From positions 20,832,001-20,896,000 of the forward strand of contig NC_043002.1 in NCBI RefSeq assembly GCF_006345805.1: a stretch of 64,000 bases of DNA, in the 5' to 3' direction. The DNA comes from Octopus sinensis (lineage: Eukaryota). This document shows, piece after piece, positions 50,785 to 63,679 of the stretch (the first letter of the stretch is position 1; each line of letters starts with the position of its first letter). Position numbers and translations under genes: made by a program. The notes beneath the pieces are model-generated. The model did not search any database, had not been told where the DNA came from, and saw only the letters and a list, made by a program, of their open reading frames with translations.

Positions 50785-50819
<35 letters not shown>

Positions 50820-51030
50820 ATAGGTTATGAGAGGTAATGGTGTCAAGAAGACACGAAGGTGTCAGCTAATGCTGAGTAAGTGCTATGGACAGACTATAGT
50901 TAAGCTCCAGGTTCGGTGATAATGCGAATGAGTCCAACGTCGGTCATATATCAGCATGTGTATATATATAAAATTAACAGAATGAGAAAAAAATCCAAGG
51001 CTGTAAAAGATTTCAGAACATTTATAAAGA

Positions 51031-51400
51031 GGTCTTACAGCTGTTTCGGGGATATTACATATATCCCTTCTTAGGAAATGGTGCGAGAATATGGTTAAGC
51101 AATAGTTATTCTATATAAGATATGAAATAGAGAGTGAAGTGGAGGAATGAAAACAGACGTGAGATATGTAGGGATATTGTATCTGCAGTTCCATTATTTA
51201 AGTAGAATGGTATAAACATATATATAAAAAATTAACATACCATTAGATACAATATCCCTGCATATCTCACGTCTGTTTTCATTCCTCCACTTCACTTTCT
51301 GTTTCATATCTTCTCTAGAATAACTATTGCTTAACCATTTTCTCACACTGTCTCCGATGAAGGGATGTATAAAATATCCCGGAAACAGCTGTAAACGACC
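51031..51400. mobile_element. Inverted pair of Penelope pLTR-like segments (~155-bp arms), each ending in an HHR-like motif
   Basis: 51031-51184 is the reverse complement of 51245-51400. Plus-strand motif GTCT-CCGATGA-a-GGGAT..ATCCC-g-GAAAC-AGCT-GTA; minus-strand motif CCTAAGA-a-GGGATAT..ATATCCC-c-GAAAC-AGCT-GTA-AGAC. Confidence 0.75.
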
Positions 51401-51690
51401 GATGAGGGTTCCGTAACTTCTTGCAGGACAACAACCCGCACAGATGACTTGTGTTGTGCATTAGCTCATTCCCTCCATCAAATCGACATTATCTGTACAG
51501 CTGCACATTGTACTACTACAAATGAGATGTGGAAATGAAATGAAGTGTTTAGTTCAAGAACGCAACACATTGTTCACTACGGATATCAAAACCAAGATCT
51601 TGTGAACGAGTCGTGCTAACGTTTCTGCCAGCTCGCCGCCTATTTTCGCAATACAGAATATAATATTAAAATGAGATATTATTCTATAAG

Positions 51691-52047
51691 TAGAGCCGGC
51701 TCTGGTGACCTTGGGTAAACAGTATGTAGAGCCGGATCTGGTGACCTTGGGTAAACAGAATGTAGAGCCGACTCTAGTGACCTTGGGTAAACAGAATGTA
51801 GATCCGGCTCTAGTGACCTTGGGTAAACAGAATGTAGAGCCGGTTCTGGTGACCTTGGGCAAACAGAATGTAGAGCCGACTCTGGTGACCTTGGATAAGC
51901 AGAATGTAGAGCCGGCTCTGGTGACCTTGGGAAAAAACAGAATGTAGAGCTGGCTCTGGTGACCTTGGGTAAACAGAATGTTGAGCCGACTCTAGTGACC
52001 TTGGGTAAACAGAATGTAGAGCCGGCTCTAGTGACCTTGGGTAAACA
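51691..52047. repeat. 36-bp minisatellite, ~10 copies (TAGAGCCGGCTCTGGTGACCTTGGGTAAACAGAATG)
   Basis: Direct reading; one unit has a 2-nt insertion; no spacers. Confidence 0.97.
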
Positions 52048-52147
52048 AAATTTTGACGTTCTTGCAATTTTCATAAATTTTTCAAAACTGTAGATGTAAA
52101 AGTGCAAACACAGCATCAAAGTTTCAAATGCTTTCATTACTGGAAGG

Positions 52148-52233
<86 letters not shown>

Positions 52234-52584
52234 TGGAGAGAGAGAGAACAGAAAAAAGAAAGTAGGAAGTGAGAGGGATTGAGAGAGTTCAACACTACCC
52301 GAGGAATGTTCACATTTTGTTTTTATTTCGTTTGGTTTACTATTTTGACATTTCCGCACCTTTGTATTTCAAAGATCTCAAATTGTTGAATCGTGATTTG
52401 AGCGTTTTGAATAGTTATCGGTGCGTACAGCTAGCCGGCCTTTACAGTGTAGGGTCAAAATGCACGCCGAGGAAGTGCAATACAGGGGGTCTTGGTGAAT
52501 ACGGTAAAGTGCAGGACGTCGGGTGAAATTTCAACGGATATTTGGTTACATGTATTTACGTTCTTAATTGAAATATCTACGCAC

Positions 52585-52602
52585 GTGTGTATGTGTATAA
52601 GT

Positions 52603-52646
<44 letters not shown>

Positions 52647-53130
52647 GTGTGTGTGTATGAGTATGTGCGTGCGTGTGTGTATGTATGAGTGTGTGTGTGT
52701 ATGAGTGTGTGTGTATGAGTGTGTGTGTGTGTGCGTGCGCGTGCGTGTGTGTGTGATAATGTGTGTATTTGTGTGTGTGTGCGCGTGCGTGCGTGCGTGT
52801 GTGCATGTGTGTATGTGAGTATGTGCGTGCGTATGTTTGTGTATGAGTGTGTGCGTGTGTGTATGTGTGGACGTGTGAGTGTGCGTGCGTGCATGTGTAT
52901 GAGTGTGTGTGTGTGATGAGTGTGTGTGTATGATGAGTGTGTGTGTGTGTGTGATGAGTGTGTGTATGAGTGTGGCTGTGAGCGTGCGTATGAATGTGCG
53001 TGTATGAGTGCGCATGCGCGCGTTTGCATGTATGAATGTGTGTGTGTGTGTGTGTGTGTTCGTGTGCGTGTTTCCGTGTGTGTGTATGTATGAGTATGTA
53101 TGTGTGTATGAGTGTGTGTATGTGTGTGTA
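52585..53130. repeat. (TG)-rich compound microsatellite
   Basis: Direct reading. Confidence 0.95.
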
Positions 53131-53723
53131 TCTACATGCATGAACTGAGAACGAAGATGTACAAAACTGCATGTCACGTAAGAAGGTAGTGTTTTATAAA
53201 TATGTTTGCGTTGTTATCTGAAAGTCAACTCAGTCCCAGTGAATCCAGGACCAAAAGACATTGAAGCAATGACAATCTTCCCTTGGGATATGTAGGAGTA
53301 CCTTATCCAATGGGTCCTTCCATTTTTAAAGTTGTTGGAACATGTTTCGAGGGCGATTTGGCTGCTAATTTAAGCAGGTCGAGTAACCACATACCGGCTT
53401 CCTTGTTGAATTCTTTGCTTATTTGTTTATTTATGTTATATTTGAATGTGTTTGGTATGTGTATGTGTGTGTGGGTGGGTGGGTGCAAGTGAGTGTGCAT
53501 ACGTGTGTGTAAGAGAAAGAGTGAGAGAAAGAAATAATGAAAGAAAGAGAGAGAGAGGAGGAGAGAGAGTGAGATAGTTTCTCTGTGTGTATGTATGTAT
53601 ATAAATCGACATGAACGTATGTATATATGAATGTGCGTTCGTGCAAATATGTCAGCGTACGTGTTAGGGTCCTTTTGTGAGCGTACACACGCACACACAC
53701 GCACACACACACAGACACACACA

Positions 53724-53782
<59 letters not shown>

Positions 53783-55015
53783 GAGGTGAAATGGGGGATG
53801 GAGAGTGTGTGCGTGGGTAAGGCGCCAATAGGATATATCTAATGTCAACATTAAATGCGATGACCATGGGCGTTTTGAGACGGCTTGCCTAATTTCCGCT
53901 CATTACATGTTAATTCTCGGTATAACACCAAAAGATACCCTTTAATATCACAACGCAAACACACAAACACACAAATACACACACACACACACCACACACA
54001 CACACACACACAAAAGCAACACCCCCACTACTACCATCACCACCACCACCTCAACCATCACAACCACTACCACTCTTTTCTGTAAGCACCACACAAACTA
54101 AGGTCTTTTAGGACTCACTAGTGACATACAAAGACTCACAAATATACCAATCGCACTCACTTCTTACAGAACATACCACGCAACAACTACATGACCACCC
54201 ACAAATAAAACGTAACTATGGTATGTGTGTGTGTGTGTGTGTGTGTACATACATATTTGCAATCATGCATACATATATACATCTATGCATACATATATAC
54301 ATATTCATACATACACATACAACTAATCGTCTATCTTTATATGCAATTATACACGTGCATTTCTCTATCTTTATATTTCTCGGTGGTCGTTTGACTTGAT
54401 AGAAATACAAGCAGAATCACTTCCAAATAACACCCTGTAGTCTTAAAATATGTAAGACGAATTGGATAATATTAGATACGTTGCTTGAATATAATACAGA
54501 ATGGTTATGACTTCTTTGACAGTTGTTGATCTGGGGCTGAGTAAAAGCATCACGCACCTTCATGATACCGTTGTTTAACAATAACATCTTCAATAACCAA
54601 CATTGTACACGTATACACATATAAATAGATACAAATCCGAAATTTTTAACAAATGCAAGCACATGGAGAAGTTTCTTTTGTTGAACTGGAGAACACCACC
54701 CACTCTAGATTGAGTTGCTGTCTCACAGACTTTGACTTCCATTCTTTTATATTATTTTGTACCAGCTACATTCATTGTGGTTTTTACAGTCAAAGAGGGC
54801 GAAAATCTTGGTTTTCTTTTTCTTTTCATTCTATTTTTAAATTCAACCTTCACATGTTTTTTCTTCTCGTCTTTGAACGTCCTGGGTTTTGAATACGTCT
54901 ATCGTGTTAACAGAGCGTGAAAGATTGCTTGGAGGTACATGCCATGTTATATGGATCTGCCAATTTAATGTGTCTTAAAGCATGAAATTATCAGTGTCTT
55001 TTTGTAACTGAATGT

Positions 55016-55098
<83 letters not shown>

Positions 55099-56283
55099 TA
55101 TGTATGCATGCATGTATGCATGCATGTATGTATGTATGTATTTAAATGTGTGTGTATGCATGTCTCATAATGGCAAAAGATTATTCTTTCTAACTACGTT
55201 ATGTTTCGCGATTTCTTGCAGATTGCGGAACTGAAAGCTTAATTATATCAATAAACACCAATACGTTTTCTAACCATCGTGCCAACTGCTTAGAGCGATG
55301 ATCTCTATCTACCAATAATGATAACAACTGAAATCACCCGATTATACTTGTTCAGAAATGTAGGCCCTTTAAATTATCTCCTTGCAAACTTGTTTCCGAC
55401 ACAGGCGTCGACTATGAAATACCGAACTAAAGATATCGGATTTTTCTGCAACAGAGCCGTGAAAGGCTGGTAGCAAGTATGATTAGCAATATTTGAACGT
55501 GTCTAAGATAAATCTGAGGAATTTAAGATAATTATATATGGTGGAAGTAAATGTGGTAAATTATAAAAAGTGCTGAAAAGAAGGGGAAATTAAGATATAA
55601 TCTGGTGGGTTTTATGATACAAGATTAGTGTTGTCACACGCCCAGTCTTTTGGGATTTTCAGACTTGAGATAAAAAAAAAATATTGACATTTCAGAAATC
55701 AGGTAAACATTTAAGAGTATTTAAAATGTCCTCTCTTTCTATATATTCCTCTTCTTTTTTCTCTTCCTCTCTATGCATTATTCCATTTCCTCGCACACAC
55801 ACTCTACACACACTTTTTGACATTTTAAAATGCTGTTCTTTCAACTTATTGAGGATGAAAATGTAATTACAAATGCAAACAAAATATATTTATACACTTC
55901 AAATGTAAATATATTTATATACAAAAAATAAAGCCGTAGTTTTTTTTTATCAATTAAAGGCACACTAGGCAGCGATGATTAAAATAAAGCTGTGTTCATT
56001 TATTTTTAACACGTTGGTGTAAACTCAAATGTTGAAAGACCTTTGATACTATAATTGCTTGGGAAGAAAATTTTTTTTATAGACATTGTGCTTGAAAACA
56101 TACATCTGGACTAAGGATGAGGTCATCAAACTGCAGCACGTATTTCAGCGTCGTTGCACATCATCAGCTGAGGATGCCAAATCCATCATTCATAGCCCAC
56201 TAACAATAAATTTGCTGACGTGTGCAAGCGATCTAAAGCTGGAATCAATTAATTAATTAATTAATGGTATACTAAAGAGTTGC

Positions 56284-56530
56284 GGAGGCACATGGCCTAG
56301 TGGTTAGAGCAGCGGACTCGCCGTCTCGGGATCGCGGGTTCGAATCTCAGACCGGGCGATGTGTGTGTTTATGAGCGAAACACCTAAGCTCCACGCGGCT
56401 CCGGCAGAAGGTAATGGCGAACTTCTGCTGACTCTTTCACCACAGCTCTTTCCTCCTGCATCTCTCACTCTTTCCTCCTACTTATTGCAGCTCATCTAGG
56501 TGGGGAACCTATATGCCAAGGATACCGGGA
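56284..56530 (+). mobile_element. SINE family D-related copy with a well-preserved tRNA-like head
   Basis: A box tggcctagtggttag and B box gggttcgaatctc; no tRNA acceptor stem. Confidence 0.75.
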
Positions 56531-56663
56531 AAGTATACCGAATGCCTTCTGCTCTCTATGACAAACAGCTAACAAACGATATATATATGCACTAACGTAC
56601 TAACACATGCACTCACACGCAGACACATCCGCATGTAAATACAAATCGCGCTCTCTGTCTAGT

Positions 56664-56704
<41 letters not shown>

Positions 56705-56990
56705 ACGATTAAACATACACACGCAAACACGTATAAATATATATATATATATGTATATATATATATGTACATATACACCAATATGATATTTAGGCAAGTA
56801 ATAAGCATAATACAAATGCACATGCTTATGGACCCATCATTGGCAAGCGTATGCACTCATTACCCTGTCCATGCATCATATACACTCTTAATACAATACA
56901 CATATATCTATATACGCACACGAACATATATATGCATGTGCATGTGAGTGTGTGTGTGTGTGTGTGTACGTGAGTGTGTGTGTGTACATA

Positions 56991-57070
<80 letters not shown>

Positions 57071-57369
57071 ATGCACGTACGTGTGCGAACAATAAAAAAT
57101 ATACACACGTTAACATCACTTAAAACGAGCGACCATCCCTTTACCGACGCCATTATAAGACAATGACATCACAACACATGCAATTAGTTTCCAAACCGTA
57201 AACACTTTCATTGTGGTGAACCCGCTTCCCCAATTAAATACTCAACCAGAGATGAAACACTTCCACATGTGTCTACATTAAACAGCCCTTCCCCCCCCCC
57301 CCGCCACTTCCACCTTTTTTTTTTCTTCTGCATTTTGGATTTTAATTGTCCTGAAATTTGTAATCTTCT

Positions 57370-57469
57370 NNNNNNNNNNNNNNNNNNNNNNNNNNNNNNN
57401 NNNNNNNNNNNNNNNNNNNNNNNNNNNNNNNNNNNNNNNNNNNNNNNNNNNNNNNNNNNNNNNNNNNNN
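57370..57469. other. Assembly gap (100 N)
   Basis: Run of N. Confidence 1.
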
Positions 57470-57501
57470 TTAGACGGTGGTGGTTGTGTAAAAAGCAAAG
57501 C

Positions 57502-57725
57502 GGAGGAACTTGATATAGTGGTTAGGGTGCTGGACTCATGATCGTAAGATTGAAGTTTCGATACCTGGACCAGGGCAATGCGTTGTTCTTAAGCAAAACA
57601 CTTCATTTCACGCCGTTCCAGTTTATTCAGCTGGTAAAAATGAGTAAATCCGCGACAGATCGGCGGCCTGTCCAGGGAGGAATAAATATGCCAGAGGAAG
57701 CAAGGATCCGGCTTTATGTTCCTTA
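57502..57725 (+). mobile_element. SINE family D
   Basis: gtggttagggtgctggactcatgatcgtaagattg..gtttcgatacctggacc...aagcaaaacacttcatttc. Confidence 0.8.
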
Positions 57726-57879
57726 TGGAGTAATGAGGACTAACCATGTATAAAGCAACAGAAAGAGTAGTTAAAATTGCTTTGAGCCTTAGAACACTTT
57801 AAAGCCGCTCTCCCAACTTCCATGGTGTATGAGCGACCCTGATCACAACATTCTCTTTGAAAGAGACGCCGGTCCGTTG

Positions 57880-58095
57880 CAGGGTTCAAGGCGAGAAATT
57901 TTGAGGACTAAGTAACAAATCGTTAACATCGATCCGGGTACTTGACTGGTGTTTTATTTCATCGAACCTGAAGGGACTGAAGGCAAAGTTGACTTCGACA
58001 CAATTTGAACCCAGAACATAAAAGTAAAGAGCCGGAAGATATGCTAGAAAGCGATTTGTTCGACGAGCTGACGATTCTACAAGCTCACTGCCTTG
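57880..58095 (-). mobile_element. SINE family B variant, degenerate
   Basis: aaggcaaagttgacttcgacacaatttgaacccagaac. Confidence 0.75.
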
Positions 58096-58222
58096 CAGTC
58101 AAATTGCCTTGGAGATATTTCACTCCCGTAGCGAATCTCACTGTATTCTTTCCGCCTCTTTTTCAAAATATTACGAGTCTTGATGATCACTAGCTGTTTC
58201 CTTAATGTTTGTTTTATCAAGT

Positions 58223-58475
58223 AGGCGCAGGAGTGGCTGTGTGGTAAGTACCTTGCTTACCAATCATATGGTTCCGGGTTCAGTCCCACTGCGTGGCACC
58301 TTGGGCAAGTGTGTTTACGTCCCCGTAACTTAGCGGTTCAGCAAAAATGACCGATAAAATAAGTACTAGGCTTACAAAGAATAAGTCCTGGGGTCGATTT
58401 GCTCGACTAAAGGCGGTGCTCCAGCCTGACCGCAGTCAAATGACTGAAACAAGTAAAAGAGTTAAAGAGTAAAAG
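58223..58475 (+). mobile_element. SINE family A with the central region deleted
   Basis: cttgggcaagtg is joined directly to tgtttacgtccccg. Confidence 0.9.
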
Positions 58476-58606
58476 CTTAAGTAATCTTGTGATGTTTTTA
58501 ATCTGTAAGTATATAAATTTTGAGCAACTTTAGAGCATCTTTATACGATAGAATGTATTGGTTCAGAAATACATAACACAGGAGACGTTTGTCATCTTTA
58601 TTATTG

Positions 58607-58756
58607 TGGCTGTGTGGTAAGCAGCTTGCTTTTCAACCACATAGTCCCGGGTTCAGTTCCACATCGTGGCACCATGGGCAAGTGTTTGCTACCATAATCT
58701 CGGGCTGACCAAAGCCTTCTGAATGAATCTGGTAGACAAAAACTGAACGACACCAG

Positions 58757-58825
<69 letters not shown>

Positions 58826-59052
58826 TGTTTTGCGTTTGTTCCCCACCATCGCTTGATAATCCGGTGCTGGAGTGTTACGTCTCCGTACCTTAGCGGTTCG
58901 ACAAAAAAGATTGGTGTTTATTCACACCAAAAAAAGACTGGTGTTTATTCACACCAGGCTTAAGAAAAAAGTACAAGAGTTTGATTCATCCGACAAAAAG
59001 TTCAAGGTGGTGCCCCAGCATGGCCGCAGTCTAATGACTAAAACAAGTAAGA
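58607..59052 (+). mobile_element. SINE family A with central (TG)n and an internal 25-bp tandem duplication (~58905-58955)
   Basis: aaaaaaga(t/c)tggtgtttattcacacca occurs twice. Confidence 0.88.
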
Positions 59053-60093
59053 TCTAGTGATAGAGGCTTAAAACTGTGTTGCTTCATTCAATTTGAGTTC
59101 CCTTATCTTGGTTAAAGGTTATTTATTTATATTTGCAACTTCCACTTCCTATAAGTATTAGTCATATCAAGACGTTCTTTTTGCTGCTGTCTTAACCGCA
59201 GCCTGTTTGCATCTGTCCACCGGTTTTGGGTTAAGGGTTCTCAACCGAGGTCCACATAAGACTTTTGGAAGTCTACAGATAGCGATATAGTAAATTTGGG
59301 GTCCGTGGTAGTTTTCAGGGGCCATGAAAACATTGTGCTTCAAACCAGTTAAGTTTATGTACAATGAATTAGTTATACGTCCAAAATACACAAAATATTT
59401 TAACAATTACTTTTATACGTAGGCGTAGGAGTGACAGTGGTTTAGTGGAGGCCTATTCGAGGCCCTTTAGTGAGAGGGTATGTCCTCTATTTGTATCTAC
59501 AAATCCCAAAATGTTGAAGTTTCATTTCGTATTATCATTATGAGGTGGTTAAAATATCTCAATGACTCTGAAGGAAAATCAGCTAAAACTGAATAAGTCA
59601 GCCTTACTTTCGGATCCACATCGCGAAAGAACCATGCCTTTATGATTGTTCACCCTTCACGAGGGTTATCATACATATCTTCATATCTTCATACCTATAT
59701 TTATGTATGTATGTATGTATGTATGTATGTATGTATGTATGTATGTATGTATGTATGTGTGTGTGTGTTGTGTATGTATATATGTATTTTTGTATGTAGG
59801 TATGTACGCATGTTTGTATGTATGCATGTATGTGTGTATGCATGTATGTATATATGCGTGTATGTATGTATATGTATATATGTGTGTTTATATAAGTATA
59901 TATATATGTATACATAAATGTATATATATATTTATATATATGTATATATATTTACATATATGTATGTATATATATATATATATGTGTGTGTTGTGTGTGT
60001 GTGTGTGTGTGTGTGAATCTTGGCTGGTGGGGATGCTTGCCTCCCCTTCACAAATATAAGGACACAAGATATATATATATACACACATATATA

Positions 60094-60142
<49 letters not shown>

Positions 60143-60859
60143 CATAAGCATATATATATATATATGTTTATGTATATATATATGTATGTATATATATATA
60201 TATGTATATACATATGTCACACACATACACACACCCACTCACACACACACATTTGCATATATATATACATTACACTTACACACACTTCAAATTTACTTGC
60301 CATACACACAACTACGCACACTGGACACACACACACTACCACTCAACACACACACTGGCACGTTACATACCTTTTCCCTCCTTCCCTTCTTCCCTCCTTC
60401 CCTTCTTCCCTCCTTCCTCCTTTTTTTACCACTGGCCACTCACTTGAGACTTGCTATGTCATCTGTTCGCCCTGCACGCACTAACATATACATATTTTTT
60501 GTTTTTTTATCTCGCCTCACACACACATACACACACGCACACGCACACACTCACACATACATACACACGCACACACACATACCTCCCTGTTTCTGATCTG
60601 CCTTTCTGACTTACTAGGGTACCCCCACATCACTCCTTTAATTCTACTACTGCCTGCTACTAGCCATTGTCCACCATACACACACATACACACACACGCA
60701 CACACTCACACACACACCCTTGTCATCTCGCACACCTTTTTTACCATTCCCTCTTTGATTCAGCGCTCCTGTTTTTAAAAAACATTTTCCTCCTTTTTTA
60801 CCACTTCGTCTTTTTAGTATGTGACCTCGTGAAGACTACCTGCAATTTTTTTCCTCTGT

Positions 60860-61020
60860 CCTCCCGTCTCGGGATCTTTCTTTCTCCTATGTTTCCGACG
60901 AAGAGCTCCGCTCGAAACGTCATACCCTCCTTCTTCCATTTTCCTGAGCGCCTAATAATAATAATACTGTAATTGTTCCACGTGTTGTTGTTTTTTCTGT
61001 TTTCCCGTTTGGATTAACCT
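60860..61020 (+). mobile_element. Penelope-type pLTR fragment with minimal HHR-like motif (60889-60926)
   Basis: TGTTT-CCGACGA-a-GAGC-tcc-GCTC-GAAAC-GTC-ATAC; same family as 11700-11870. Confidence 0.6.
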
Positions 61021-61633
61021 ATATATATTTATACATACACAAATATCTTTGTGTGCTGATGTGTGTGTGTGTGGTAATCCACGCCAAATTTCAACCGAAT
61101 GTAGTTTTTACGTCGCCGTACGCCTGTCATGTTTGCTTTACTAGAGTTTCGCATGTAAAACTTGTCTTACGTTTCTGGCAAAACACCACACACACACACA
61201 CACACGCGCACGCGCGCGTACGCGCGGTTTATTATGTTTGAAAGTGGTTGTACGTACAATGCAAAGAGTACTCAAAAACATCTAGAGGATTAAAAATATC
61301 ACTGTTACATATGTATTTCTAACGCTATCGAGCCTCTTTGTGTGTGTGTGTGTGTGTGTGTTTGTGTGCGTGTGCTATTGTATGATCAATGAATGAATGA
61401 TAATACAGCAATAGACAACAGATTCCTTCCCTAACCACCACCACCACCACCACCACCCCCCATCACCCACACCACCACCACCACCACCACTACCAACAAC
61501 TACAGCACCTCTGGCTATTTCGGTACTTATAGCAAAACAATATAAAAATAGGGTAAGAAAATGGAAGGATACGGAAAGATATATAGAAAGACAAGGACAA
61601 GTTAGTGGCCGACTTGAATAGCACCGTCTGGCA

Positions 61634-62069
61634 AGTTACCTTATTTCTTTATTGCCCACAAGGGTTCAAACATAGAGGGGACAAACAAGGACAGGCAAAG
61701 GGATTAAGTCGATTACATCGACCCCAGTGCTCAACTGGTACTTAACTTGTCGACCCGAAAGGATGAAATGCAAAGTCGACCACGGCGGAATTTGAACTCA
61801 GAACGTAACGGCAGACGAAATACCTATCTCTTTACTACCCACAAGGGGCGGGCTAAACACAGAGAGGATAAACAAGGACAGATAAACGGATTAAGTCGAT
61901 TATATCGACCCCAGTGCGTAACTGGTACATATTTGATCGACCCCGAAAGGATGAAAGGCAAAGTTGACCTCAGCATAATTTGAACTCAGAACGTAGCGGC
62001 AGACGAAATACTGCTAAGCATTTCGCCCGGCGTGCTAACGTTTCTGCCAGCTCGCCGCCTTTTAAGACC
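61634..62069 (-). mobile_element. SINE family B head plus tandem dimer with a 14-bp TSD
   Basis: AGCACCGTCTGGCA at 61620-61633 and 62070-62083. Confidence 0.92.
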
Positions 62070-62282
62070 AGCACCGTCTGGCATGTTTCCGCTCAGCCTC
62101 CGAGCCTTACAGCGGAGCCTGGATCAATGCAATGCCATCACTCGTAACTGGCGCTCAGCTTCATAACGACTGCCTGAGCGTCGGCGTTTCTCTGAGGCTC
62201 GGCCTCCAGATTTGTGTGCCTCATGAATGCTGCTGCGGATCAACTTTGGATTCTTTCGGCCTCTACTGTCATGCTATCATAA

Positions 62283-62490
62283 TGCTGGCAGAAACGTTAG
62301 CACGCCGGGCGATATGCTTAGCGTATTTCGTCTGTCTTTACGTTCTGAGTTCAAATTCCGCCAAGGTCGACATTGCCTTTCATCCTTTCGGGGTCGATGA
62401 ACTAAGTACCAGTTGCGCACTGAGGTCGATCTAAATGACTGGCCTCCTCCCTCAAAATTTCGGGCCTTGTGCCTAGAGTAGAAAAAAAAT
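62283..62490 (+). mobile_element. SINE family B variant with an ~11-bp TSD (ataatgctggc)
   Basis: Family motifs are present and the CRE-like reading frame resumes after it. Confidence 0.85.
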
Positions 62491-63679
62491 AATGCTGGCC
62501 ATCTTCCACCCCATGTCACACTTAACAAAATCATAGAGCATGGTCTAGACAACCCAGGCTTCTCTTCTCAACCCGAACCAGCATTGCTAGATCGTCCGAG
62601 GGGACGGTAAAAGACTTGGCGTTAATACTGTTTTCCCGTTCCGCGGTGGTAGGCCCTTATTCTAGGATGCCACATACTGTAACACCCTCTCCAGCGGCAA
62701 CTTGGTGTGTTCAGCTACCCGCTCAGGCTCTGCCGCTCATCAAACTGAGAAAAGCACACTATCAAGGTATCGCTGACAGGTTCATGGTCGTGTCTGTGAC
62801 AGTGGAGACCTCCGGTGTTCTCGGCCCCTCGACCATATCTTTGCTCGCCACCATCGGGGCAGAGAAAGCTGTCCGCAAAGGCAAGTGGTTCGGCAAAAGT
62901 AACCGCTAGAGTAAGTATCAAGATTCGTTCCACTAAAATCTCTTCAATGCAGTGCCCCAGCATGGACTCATTCGAACGACTGAAACAAGTAAAAGATGAA
63001 AAATGAAAAAAACAAAAAGACATAAAAATGTAAAAATTTAAACATAAAAAAATAAAAATGGAAATTCATAAAATGGAAACTTAAAAAATAAATACAAGAA
63101 GAAAGGAAGGAAGGAAGAAAGAAAGAAAGAAAGAAAGACATAAACAGACGTTAAATAAAAATATAGAATAAAAGTTAAAACATAAACGGTAAACTGATAA
63201 ATAGATAAATAAATAAATAAATAAATAAAAGAAGAAAGGAAGGAAAGAAGGAAGGAAGAGAGAAAGAATGGAAATGTGTCTTTCATAAGTTTTGAATGTT
63301 AGACTTGTTTCAGTTGGTTGCTAGTTCATCTGTACCCTACTGTCGAATGAAAGAACTGTATTATTAGACGGCAGTTCAAGGATCAGGTTTCCTCAAAAGG
63401 CTTTTACCATTGCAGACAACGAGAGATCCTCTTCGTGGTCACCTGAACTGCTAGAAATTGCAACCAAATTGCTACCTCAGTCTCAAAATAAATATAGAGA
63501 TAATTATTATGAATGGCCATAAGAATGGCGTTATGGTTGAAGTTCGATTCGCAGCTAGTTGGATTCGGGTTTAGTAAGTGTCTACTACTACGGCCCCGGG
63601 TTGACCAATGACTTGTGAGTAAATTTGGTGGACGGAAATTTTCCGGAAGTCTATCGTGTGTGTGTGTGTGTGTGTGTAT

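Larger units (their letters stand above)
61595..62960 (+). mobile_element. CRE-like (RLE-bearing) non-LTR retrotransposon C-terminal fragment, split by two SINE B insertions
   Basis: HRLACFRSASEPYSGAWINAMPSL...VGVSLRLGLQICVPHECCCGSTLDSFGL.C / HNAGH..H..LNKII / EPALLDR.RDGKR...*DATYCNTL...GSAA / VETSGVLGPST..LL..IG. Confidence 0.8.

Noticed and set aside
51691-52047. CRISPR-like 36-bp repeats
   Set aside because: Units are contiguous with no unique spacers, no cas genes, and the context is eukaryotic.
53230-53420. ORF segment ISKEFNKEAGMWLLDLLKLAAKSP as a possible exon
   Set aside because: Overlaps a dispersed repeat (ctgct..aa.tagcagccaaat) also seen at ~1810 and ~63440.
56284-56360. Possible tRNA gene
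   Set aside because: A and B boxes are present but there is no acceptor stem or cloverleaf; it continues into a SINE body shared with other copies.
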